Positions 1 through 7,766 of a stretch of DNA of 64,000 nt are shown in pieces. Source of the DNA: Escherichia phage FV3. The translations under genes and the position numbers were made by a program. Positions within the stretch are counted from its first letter, which is position 1. Each line of letters opens with the position of its first letter. The notes below the pieces were generated by a model that was not told where the DNA came from, did no database searches, and saw nothing but the letters and a program-made list of their open reading frames with translations. The stretch lies in sequence record NC_019517.1; one strand, 5' to 3'.

Positions 1-1983
1 TTATTTGATGTTATTCTTTGTATCGATCAGTTCACGGTATTCAATCATAGCAGGGGTGTCCCAATATTTCAAGCCTACATGCTTTAAAAGTGGATATTTC
101 TTTTCCAATCTTGCAATATAGGCCTTCCCGCACTTAACTCGGTTGGCGATTAAGACTTTGGCACGATGATTCAGCTCACCGTACTTCCACGTGGTGCTAC
201 CTTCCCACTTGTGGAAATGTGGCCGATAATTTCCAAAATCCTGCATGGGTATAATTTTACCTAACTGTCTATACAGGCTGTCATATGAAGTTTCATTTGC
301 TGCGCGAGTCAGTAAGAATTTCCAAGCATCCTCTTTCAACAAATGTTCCACATTCTTCTCTGTAACATATTGGCAATTAGGATCAGTCCAAAGCAGACGA
401 GATTCCGATACCAGGTACAGATCTTCCCCTTCAGGGATCTGAAGTGCTGCACGCACACGGTCATAATCTTGCTGGTAGATGTTACTCATCTGACCTAGCC
501 AACAACTTCCACGTTGGATATCCCCCTCATACGGTATGCAGTGCTTAATCTTCCTGAACTCTGCCTTGGTAATACGCTCACGACGGAAGTAACCATCCTT
601 CTCAAGTTTTTTAACCCAATAACCGGGCTCATAACGAGTTTTTGTTTCACCTTTCTTCACAGGTCGGCGAGGGAGCTCTGATAACAATTTGACCGTATCT
701 GCAAAGAACGGATGGTGTGCCGCCTCTTTAAACTCTTTTACCAGATCCGCATTCCGGCAATAGAAAACGTTGCGTCCGGTGATCTCGCTTAAGTAGTTAC
801 ACTTATTTCGGTTATATTTACCGTCTCCGTCGTTAAATACTAAATAGACTCCTCGTAAGAATTCTACCTTTCCGTAACAAGCGTAGCCTATGCGGCCTTT
901 ATTTAAGCCACCTGCGAAGATCTCGCAGTCCCCCAAACTACCTAACCCTGCTTCTTCCCAACGGCTATACATAAAATTCTTACCGAAAATGTGCCCGAAC
1001 ACTCCACTGTTCTTCATCATCTCGCGTGCTTCTGAGGATGTTTTTGCTGTCTCCAGTTCTGCAACAACTTCTGCTCCACGAAGGCGAATACCTTCTTTGA
1101 CAAAAGCTTCCAAACGCTCTTGGAATCCACCATCATCGTGACCTTCTATGGTCCATTCACGCCCTGGGTTAATATTGCAGTCTCCGATAGGGATCTCTAC
1201 ACAAATTGCAGGATAATCTGTTAGTGTTTCCAGGAACTTAGAACGGTAAGGTTGGTGACCCATTACCACACGACTCTCGTCAGAGCTGGTATATCCCTTC
1301 AGGATGGTCATCTTCCAACCATCTTTTTCATAATAATACTGCGCCTCTACCTTATCCCCCTCCAGCATTTTGCTCGTCATTGGATCGGTGACGGTGAACG
1401 GGAATTTTGCATAGCGCAGACATGATGCAATAGCAGTGCGATATTTCAGAACATGCTCTTTCTTAACATGAAACTGAACTTTTACCCCGTTGTGCTCTTC
1501 AGTCTTCCGCTCACGGATCTTGGTGACATTTGGGATACCCTGATCCAAGAACAATAGATATGTGCTTTCCACACCATTGTGCACACTGATTACATCGAAA
1601 GTGTCCACCATGCTGAACGGGGCCTTTGAACCAACACCTTTATTGCCTACCAGAGCGTTGCTGTTGCGCTTGGTTGACTCACCGAGGTTCATGAAAGTGT
1701 TGCGGACCATCTCTTCTGACATACCGAGGCCAACGTCCTGCACAAAGAAGTATGGTTCAAGATCTGTAGGAGAGTGAATGATGATCGGAACATCACCACG
1801 TCCAGACTCAACATGGGAGTCCACAGCATTGAAGATTGGCTCACGGCAGCTTGCCAGCACCTTATCTTCATAAATCCCTTTAATGATTAACCCAAAAGTC
1901 TCTTTGTTCAGAGAAATTGATCCCCTTGTGACCTCCAAATTCCCAGTTAGCACTGCTTTAGTTTCATTACTGTTTACAATCAT
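1..1983 (-). CDS. rIIA: rIIA-like protein with N-terminal GHKL (histidine-kinase-like) ATPase fold; complete ORF, stop codon at 1-3
   Basis: N-box EPIFNAVDSH, G1 box DVGLGMS and G2 box GNKGVGSKAPF align by eye with T4 rIIA RELITNMIDAH / RDFGPGMS / GGFGLGSKSPF; 660 aa against T4 rIIA 725 aa. rIIB would lie beyond the left window edge. Confidence 0.65.
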   Translation of the reverse strand: MIVNSNETKAVLTGNLEVTRGSISLNKETFGLIIKGIYEDKVLASCREPIFNAVDSHVESGRGDVPIIIHSPTDLEPYFFVQDVGLGMSEEMVRNTFMNLGESTKRNSNALVGNKGVGSKAPFSMVDTFDVISVHNGVESTYLLFLDQGIPNVTKIRERKTEEHNGVKVQFHVKKEHVLKYRTAIASCLRYAKFPFTVTDPMTSKMLEGDKVEAQYYYEKDGWKMTILKGYTSSDESRVVMGHQPYRSKFLETLTDYPAICVEIPIGDCNINPGREWTIEGHDDGGFQERLEAFVKEGIRLRGAEVVAELETAKTSSEAREMMKNSGVFGHIFGKNFMYSRWEEAGLGSLGDCEIFAGGLNKGRIGYACYGKVEFLRGVYLVFNDGDGKYNRNKCNYLSEITGRNVFYCRNADLVKEFKEAAHHPFFADTVKLLSELPRRPVKKGETKTRYEPGYWVKKLEKDGYFRRERITKAEFRKIKHCIPYEGDIQRGSCWLGQMSNIYQQDYDRVRAALQIPEGEDLYLVSESRLLWTDPNCQYVTEKNVEHLLKEDAWKFLLTRAANETSYDSLYRQLGKIIPMQDFGNYRPHFHKWEGSTTWKYGELNHRAKVLIANRVKCGKAYIARLEKKYPLLKHVGLKYWDTPAMIEYRELIDTKNNIK

Positions 1984-2480
1984 TTATTGCGCTCCTTGTA
2001 GTAGATATGACTCCCGAATTGAGCTGTCCTCTGCATCTTTTTTGCCCATTCCGGTCGTACTTTTGTTGTATGATAGTGTGTTGCTCCACCTGTTATATCC
2101 ATAGCCATGTATGCAACATGGTTGTTATTATAGACCTTTAGAAGCATCTTTGCAAGACTTTTAGCGTGATCCCATGAATCTTTTTCTGTCACCTTAAAAG
2201 TTTTGCCGTGGTTTGTCCACGAAAACTGGTTAGGTTGGTAGACAATCTTTCTTATAGTGTCTGGGTATTTAGGGTGAGATTTCCTGTTCAGTGTGGCAAA
2301 CCCAGATGCCAACATACCCATCGTGCCATCTCCTCTGGCTTCCCTGTAGATATTGCATGCCAGAATGTTCTCCTTAGTATCCGATGGCTTGCAGGTGTGA
2401 TATACTTTTTGTTTTGGTGCTGCAACAACAGGCAGCGATAAAAATGCGCTCAAAATAATAGCAAAGATTTTAATTTTCAC
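1980..2480 (-). CDS. Secreted SleB/CwlJ-family cell wall hydrolase (candidate endolysin)
   Basis: N-terminal signal peptide MKIKIFAIILSAFLSLPVVAAP; NIYREARGDG and QFSW motifs typical of Hydrolase_2; GTG start with GGAG RBS; stop overlaps rIIA start by 4 nt. Confidence 0.55.
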   Translation of the reverse strand: MKIKIFAIILSAFLSLPVVAAPKQKVYHTCKPSDTKENILACNIYREARGDGTMGMLASGFATLNRKSHPKYPDTIRKIVYQPNQFSWTNHGKTFKVTEKDSWDHAKSLAKMLLKVYNNNHVAYMAMDITGGATHYHTTKVRPEWAKKMQRTAQFGSHIYYKERNK

Positions 2481-2490
2481 AATAACTCCA

Positions 2491-2517
2491 AATAGAAAAT
2501 CCCCGCCGAAGCGGGGG
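2491..2517 (-). terminator. Rho-independent terminator (minus strand), CCCCGC-UUCG-GCGGGG hairpin plus U-tract
   Basis: Perfect 6-bp GC stem with UUCG tetraloop on the minus-strand transcript followed by ATTTTCTATTT; lies between the 126-aa gene and the SleB-like gene. Confidence 0.5.
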
Positions 2518-2529
2518 TGGTCTTAGAAA

Positions 2530-2910
2530 TTAGTCGTAGTGTGCCAGAATCTCTCCTTCGTTGCAAGTTCCCTCTACGAAGTTGTGAAGATTCCTGCATT
2601 CGTCTTGGTAGAAGAACTTACCACTTTTCAGCCGTAGACCAAACAACTCCGCATCTCCACGATGGCAAGCCTCTACAAGTTCATAGATTTCATACGGTAA
2701 CTCTCCATCGTCATGGAAGAACCCCGCTTTATCGTTGACATAGATGAAGAAATAGTCACTGCTGTCGCAAGCGTCCAATATTTTAAACCAGATTTCATCT
2801 ACATCTTTTTCTCGGATATCGATCACGCAAGTGGAGCTGCATTCGTACTCCTTCTCCGGCTCCTCGGTCAATACCACCAAGTAGTTTCCCCGCTTACCTA
2901 CTTTAGCCAT
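2530..2910 (-). CDS. Hypothetical acidic protein (126 aa)
   Basis: ORF in operon context; acidic composition; no recognisable motif. Confidence 0.4.
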   Translation of the reverse strand: MAKVGKRGNYLVVLTEEPEKEYECSSTCVIDIREKDVDEIWFKILDACDSSDYFFIYVNDKAGFFHDDGELPYEIYELVEACHRGDAELFGLRLKSGKFFYQDECRNLHNFVEGTCNEGEILAHYD

Positions 2911-2919
2911 ACAACCTCC

Positions 2920-4104
2920 TCAAGCTTTAGCTAAAATGGCGCTAAACTCTTCGCCAAACTCTTTTACAATCTTCATCAGGTTCGGGTATGCTTTGATCAG
3001 CTGAGCAACGATCTTGTCCCGGCCTTTACCAATAAGTAAGGCATTTCCTAGGGCGTTGGGTTTCATCATCGCCATAAAGACTGAGAATACAAAGTCTCGG
3101 TTCTCATCCTTGAAATTTTCCCAAAGGAAATCAAGGAAGTTTGCCACACAGCTGACAAGATCTTCGTCGGAGATACTTGCATTTTCCATCATGTTACGAA
3201 TAGCGATACACCCTTCAGACCCCAGAATCCACAAGATGTCTGGCTGCTTAGGCCCTACATACTCTTTGCAACCCCCTGCCATAATCCGACCGATTTCTGG
3301 CAAGTTTCGTTTCTTGGTGTGGTAGGTCCAGATTTCTACCGCTGCAGTGTGACCGATAGCACCTTGCAGAAGAACACGAGCCATAGCGTCAGAAATAATA
3401 CCGCTGTCAAAATCGTGCAGGATGTCAGATGCAGCAACCCAAGATCGCGGTGTAGCAAAAGCTGGACAATTAATCTCAGCCATGGCCTCATAATTATCGA
3501 TGGCTGATGGGACTCTTTTCAGATATCCAATTACCGAGGAGTGCACCCCATTAAGGAATGCATAGTCCTCAATAAACACCTCTGCATTGCTTGTAACTTC
3601 TACAATGATAAAGCGGTTAGCTAGAGGAGCTTCGAGCGCCGAAAGAACAGCACCGTCTGTAGCACGGTTACCTGCAGCTACAAAAACAGAGCCCTTAGGA
3701 AATGCATAGGTGCCGCACTTGTGGTCGAGCATAATTTGCATTGCAACCTTCTGCAGGTAGTTATCTGCATGAGTAAGCTCATCCAGAAAGATAATTCCGC
3801 TCCAGTTCGAGTCTGCAGGCCAAAATTCTGGAATTGCAAACACTGTGCGTGTAGTTCCATCTGCCTCTACAGGGATAGGTAGTCCAGATAAGTCAGCAGG
3901 ATCTTTATCTGACAGCCGCACGTCAACCAGGTTGTCATCTCGCTCACCGAACATATTATCAGCAATCTGCTTCATCACCTGACTCTTCCCCACACCCATC
4001 GGTCCTAAAATAAGAACAGATCGGTTATGACGCTGGGCAAATTGAATAATAGCTGGCAACTCGCGGACAGTGATTTGACCACTTTCGAATACGTTTCTTG
4101 ACAT
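2920..4104 (-). CDS. MoxR-like AAA+ ATPase (CobS/MoxR family, AAA_5-type)
   Basis: Walker A GPMGVGKS, Walker B IIFLDELTHAD, sensor AAGNRA; 394 aa with C-terminal extension. Confidence 0.7.
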   Translation of the reverse strand: MSRNVFESGQITVRELPAIIQFAQRHNRSVLILGPMGVGKSQVMKQIADNMFGERDDNLVDVRLSDKDPADLSGLPIPVEADGTTRTVFAIPEFWPADSNWSGIIFLDELTHADNYLQKVAMQIMLDHKCGTYAFPKGSVFVAAGNRATDGAVLSALEAPLANRFIIVEVTSNAEVFIEDYAFLNGVHSSVIGYLKRVPSAIDNYEAMAEINCPAFATPRSWVAASDILHDFDSGIISDAMARVLLQGAIGHTAAVEIWTYHTKKRNLPEIGRIMAGGCKEYVGPKQPDILWILGSEGCIAIRNMMENASISDEDLVSCVANFLDFLWENFKDENRDFVFSVFMAMMKPNALGNALLIGKGRDKIVAQLIKAYPNLMKIVKEFGEEFSAILAKA

Positions 4105-4373
4105 TAGTAAAAGTCCTCTACTTGTGTGTAAGTGTTTTCAAAGTTTTCCAAAACAGACATCACATCGGATCTGTCAATATCATACGCAACTCTCCAGCCA
4201 TATGCAACCCTTTCTGCTGTTGCCTCTTCTGGAGCTAGTCGTCTGCTGGCATAAAAGAGTGTTGGAGTACACTTTCTTGCTTGCCCTCTAACTTTCCCAT
4301 AATAATATCTGTGAATATCTTTGTCAAAATTTAATTCTTTTTCTGCACGAAGTTCGTACTGCTGGTATAACAT
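4104..4373 (-). CDS. Hypothetical protein (89 aa)
   Basis: ORF tightly packed in leftward early operon; 1-nt overlap with downstream gene. Confidence 0.4.
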   Translation of the reverse strand: MLYQQYELRAEKELNFDKDIHRYYYGKVRGQARKCTPTLFYASRRLAPEEATAERVAYGWRVAYDIDRSDVMSVLENFENTYTQVEDFY

Positions 4374-4417
4374 CTCTACTACTCCTTAAGCAGCATCCTT
4401 GCCGCCATCCCTACCCA

Positions 4418-4798
4418 CTAAAATGCAGTCCGAATCCAGACAAGGTTCTTATCTGCCCAATCATAGAGGCAAGTCATTGCACTATTGAATTGCTCACACG
4501 GAGGATAATCTTCTTCCATCTGGCGCATAGCAGAGCCTTGTGGGTAAAGCTCCCGTGCTGCAAACCACGCGTCGTAGTCATCAACGGTATCGAAGTAGTA
4601 TACAACATCCTCCAACTCAGGATCGAACTTTGAGCTATCAGGATTCAGTTGTTCAGGGAACTTGGAGCGTAACTTGCCAGCCACAATACTTGCCAACTCG
4701 CTAACATGCTTGTTGTCCCACTCTACCAGTTTCCCGTCTTCAGCTATGCGTCCTAACCACTGATCATGAAGGTCAACTGTTGTCTTCCACTGGGCCAT
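4418..4798 (-). CDS. Hypothetical protein (126 aa)
   Basis: ORF in operon context. Confidence 0.4.
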   Translation of the reverse strand: MAQWKTTVDLHDQWLGRIAEDGKLVEWDNKHVSELASIVAGKLRSKFPEQLNPDSSKFDPELEDVVYYFDTVDDYDAWFAARELYPQGSAMRQMEEDYPPCEQFNSAMTCLYDWADKNLVWIRTAF

Positions 4799-4800
4799 TA

Positions 4801-5058
4801 TCAGTTCACCTCTTCTTCTCGTTGCAGTTCAAGATACCCATAGGTCTGGATATCTTCAAGGGTGTGGAACTCTCCATCTGCTGCTAAGGCACGGACAACC
4901 TGGCATAGAGTTTTATAAGGTACTTTCTCCAAACCCAGATTCAGCGCAGGAAAAACCTTATCTAAGTCAACAAAATATACAAACTGTAGCTCACCAGTTT
5001 CAAAAGGCGTATCTTCGATAAACATCTTCTCGGCATTAGTCAAGATCTGCACTTTCAT
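4801..5058 (-). CDS. Hypothetical protein (85 aa)
   Basis: ORF in operon context. Confidence 0.4.
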   Translation of the reverse strand: MKVQILTNAEKMFIEDTPFETGELQFVYFVDLDKVFPALNLGLEKVPYKTLCQVVRALAADGEFHTLEDIQTYGYLELQREEEVN

Positions 5059-5435
5059 TATTCTACCCCCTCTTCTTTTTCTTCAGTATTAGTCTCAGTG
5101 CTACCCCACTCTGGAGTTTCCACCTCGATAGTAAACTCACGCACTACACGGTAATTGCCCATGAAGCGCTCCACTTCTTCAAGGCTTATGGAGAGGCCAT
5201 TGGCAACCAAGTCTGCAGCACCCTTCTCTACCAGGTAGTCCAGATTGGCTTCCAAGGCTTCAGGCTCAAACCCTGTCAATGCAATCATATAACCTTCCCC
5301 TTCATCAAGGAGGGCAATACAGCCCAACTGATTTTCTTTAAAAAAGCAGTGACCGTCATTATTGATTGGTTGTTCATTGCAGTAAATGGCTGCACGATAA
5401 GTGACTTTGGACATCGGTAAGGCCTCCTTAGGCAA
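5058..5435 (-). CDS. Hypothetical protein (125 aa; start may be at internal Met 8)
   Basis: ORF in operon context; overlapping stop/start junctions. Confidence 0.4.
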   Translation of the reverse strand: MPKEALPMSKVTYRAAIYCNEQPINNDGHCFFKENQLGCIALLDEGEGYMIALTGFEPEALEANLDYLVEKGAADLVANGLSISLEEVERFMGNYRVVREFTIEVETPEWGSTETNTEEKEEGVE

Positions 5436-5706
5436 CTGTCATTTTACATTCTTGAAATTTTAACACAAGACGGTGATTGTGTCTAGTGTCTAAAAAGATT
5501 TTTTCGACCATCAGGCACACGGTATAACCGTCCGTCTTGTTGACAACAAAATCCCCAGGGTGAGGGAGAATGTCTCCTGGATTGGGGAAACATAACCCGC
5601 TCAAGAAGGCATCGTCGGTGGTGGACTTAATGGATTTCCACACACTATCTGCCTGAACATTCTCACCAACATAATATACACTACCACATGACTTCATCAT
5701 AGTCAA
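5428..5706 (-). CDS. Hypothetical protein (92 aa)
   Basis: ORF overlapping neighbours by 8 and 4 nt (translational coupling). Confidence 0.4.
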   Translation of the reverse strand: MTMMKSCGSVYYVGENVQADSVWKSIKSTTDDAFLSGLCFPNPGDILPHPGDFVVNKTDGYTVCLMVEKIFLDTRHNHRLVLKFQECKMTVA

Positions 5707-6602
5707 ATCTCCGCGTAAATTAAACTGGAATCAGTATACTTCTTTAACGGGTAAATATCCTGTCCGTAGATGCCGTCATTAAACACCTCATCTACCCAAA
5801 GACTGCACTTATATCCCATCATTTCTAAAACACCCAGCTCTTCTTCGGTAAACTTATCACCGCTCTTGCAAGATGTCAACACCTCATTCTGTACTCTTGC
5901 TACCTCGAAGCGATTATTGGCAATATCGCTATTGGCGATCAAATACTCACCTAAAGGGTGTGCGGCATTAAAGATGCACAGTGGACGGTTGACGTAATAG
6001 TCTCCAGGCGTATAAAAATTGTTGAGGTCTTTTACCAGAACATTCTTATCAGTCACTTCATTTATAACATCATGCATATCGCACATCTTTATATGTTTGA
6101 GGATTCCATCCCCCATCACAAAATAAAAACTTGCTGAGACACTTTCGGCATAGATCTTACTAGATCCATTGTAGTTGTATTTTACTCGGATGCTTACAGG
6201 GGTTTTGCCTGTCGCGTTAGCCATCATCCAAAGGAACGGAAGTTCAAACTTCTGCTCTGAGGAAACAAAAGGTGAAGTTGCCAGAGATCGGAAACCACCA
6301 GAGAAGTTGAAAGTTACAGAGCCGCTCCGGCGATATGATACCGCATATTCTACTTTTATATCGACATAGCCGTTGGAGTAAGTGTGGCCTCCATTATCCA
6401 GATATGTCCACTTATCAGATCCGGATACCAACCTACGCTCAATCACCTTCATTACTACAGGAATTAGCGGGTTGGTACAAACCGATTTTGAAGTAGCTTT
6501 ATCATCCAAAGCCTCGTAAATTGCAGAAAGGATATCGCCTGCTGAGAGATTGGTTGTGATATCTTGTTTCCACCGAGTGCTAAAGCTGTTAAGATTTGCC
6601 AT
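5703..6602 (-). CDS. Hypothetical protein (300 aa), first gene of leftward early operon
   Basis: Start trimmed to the ATG (MANLNS...) preceded by AGGAG RBS; the track ORF extended to 6644 would overlap the promoter. Confidence 0.45.
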   Translation of the reverse strand: MANLNSFSTRWKQDITTNLSAGDILSAIYEALDDKATSKSVCTNPLIPVVMKVIERRLVSGSDKWTYLDNGGHTYSNGYVDIKVEYAVSYRRSGSVTFNFSGGFRSLATSPFVSSEQKFELPFLWMMANATGKTPVSIRVKYNYNGSSKIYAESVSASFYFVMGDGILKHIKMCDMHDVINEVTDKNVLVKDLNNFYTPGDYYVNRPLCIFNAAHPLGEYLIANSDIANNRFEVARVQNEVLTSCKSGDKFTEEELGVLEMMGYKCSLWVDEVFNDGIYGQDIYPLKKYTDSSLIYAEI

Positions 6603-6642
6603 GATTAAGTGCTCCTGTGTTCGTTTTCTTTCGAATGGGTGC

Positions 6643-6671
6643 ACTATATCGTGGATTTAGAGTAAAGTCAA
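6643..6671 (-). promoter_or_regulatory. Sigma70-like promoter for leftward early operon (-35 TTGACT, 17-nt spacer, -10 TATAGT)
   Basis: Minus-strand reading TTGACT-N17-TATAGT about 40 nt upstream of AGGAG RBS and the ATG at 6602. Confidence 0.45.
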
Positions 6672-6684
6672 CACGTTTTTGAGG

Positions 6685-6713
6685 TTGACATCTGTTGAGG
6701 CACTTGATAAGAT
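6685..6713 (+). promoter_or_regulatory. Sigma70-like promoter for rightward early operon (-35 TTGACA, 17-nt spacer, -10 TAAGAT)
   Basis: TTGACA at 6685-6690 and TAAGAT at 6708-6713; back-to-back with the leftward promoter. Confidence 0.4.
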
Positions 6714-6744
6714 TTCTTCACCTACAGAGCACAAGAGACAACTC

Positions 6745-7734
6745 ATGAATCTTGAAAAATATTATACACCAGAAGAGTTAGAGCGCCTGCTCAAAAAATA
6801 TAGACGCAAACAAAATAATGCACGGAAACGAGATATAGAGTTCAACCTGTCATGGGAAGAATACCTCCTATTTGGTAAAAAACTTTTAGGAGAGGGGGTG
6901 TGCGACTATACCCTTATACCTTTTGACATGCACACAGATGAAAACGGGTTGGGGAATCCTTTCTATCCATCCTTAGAGCGGATAGATGATGAAGGTCCTT
7001 ATGCGGTTGATAATTGTTGTGTGGTGGGATTGAGATGCAACTCTCTAAAGGACTGTCTGGTAGATAAAAAGACCGCAGTCTTGATTAAAGACAAAACTGA
7101 TCGAAAAATTGTCCAGCAGATGATGCTCCACCTGAGCGAAGAGCGCATGGAGAAATTGAAAGGTGATTACACTTTTGAAGATTTCATCTTGCAATACGGA
7201 ACGGAAGAGGATAAACTAGCACTCTTTGACGAAGAATGGGAGGAAGATATGTCACCAATGCAGGATTTTAAAAACTTCATGGCTAATCGTGGAGCCAACA
7301 AGCACATTTCTGACATTGTAAACGAGACTGTAGCAGAGGAGAATGAAGAAATGGCGCAACAGGCTTACGAAGAGGAAAAAGAGCCTCAGGGGGTCGAAGA
7401 AGGGCTTACAGAAGAGGTTCCTGCACTGCCTGACGATGTTGAGATTGCCAAAGCTTACACTTTCTATTGCCAGACGTTCTACGATGCAGGTATGAAAGTT
7501 GATCTGTCATTCAGTCAGTTTAAGAGCACGTATATTCGAAAATGTTGTGCTTTAACTGGTGAGCGTCTCGGGACCGGACTTAAACCACTATTAGTGACCG
7601 ATTGGAATAAAGGTTTCACCAAAGGTAACTTTATGGTAGTATCTCCAATTATGGAAAAGGCTATGACAGACCTTATGAAGACCACCCGCATGACAATGAC
7701 CGAGTTGGCTGGTATTTTCAAGCACGTTAAATAA
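6745..7734 (+). CDS. Hypothetical protein with endonuclease VII / HNH-like Zn-finger nuclease-fold motif
   Basis: Start set at ATG 6745 downstream of the promoter. Motif CDYT...HTDEN...ERIDDEGPY...NCCVVGLRCNSLK resembles T4 EndoVII HLDHDHELNGP...VRGLLCNLCN, but the catalytic His positions are not conserved; acidic middle region. Confidence 0.4.
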   Translation: MNLEKYYTPEELERLLKKYRRKQNNARKRDIEFNLSWEEYLLFGKKLLGEGVCDYTLIPFDMHTDENGLGNPFYPSLERIDDEGPYAVDNCCVVGLRCNSLKDCLVDKKTAVLIKDKTDRKIVQQMMLHLSEERMEKLKGDYTFEDFILQYGTEEDKLALFDEEWEEDMSPMQDFKNFMANRGANKHISDIVNETVAEENEEMAQQAYEEEKEPQGVEEGLTEEVPALPDDVEIAKAYTFYCQTFYDAGMKVDLSFSQFKSTYIRKCCALTGERLGTGLKPLLVTDWNKGFTKGNFMVVSPIMEKAMTDLMKTTRMTMTELAGIFKHVK

Positions 7735-7766
7735 TGACAGGGGCCAAGGCCCCTTCTGGAGTTTTA

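Noticed and set aside
1-1983. GHKL ATPase as a MORC/Hsp90-like defence-type ATPase
   Set aside because: Motif order and spacing align better with the N-terminus of T4 rIIA, so it is called rIIA-like rather than a novel GHKL system.
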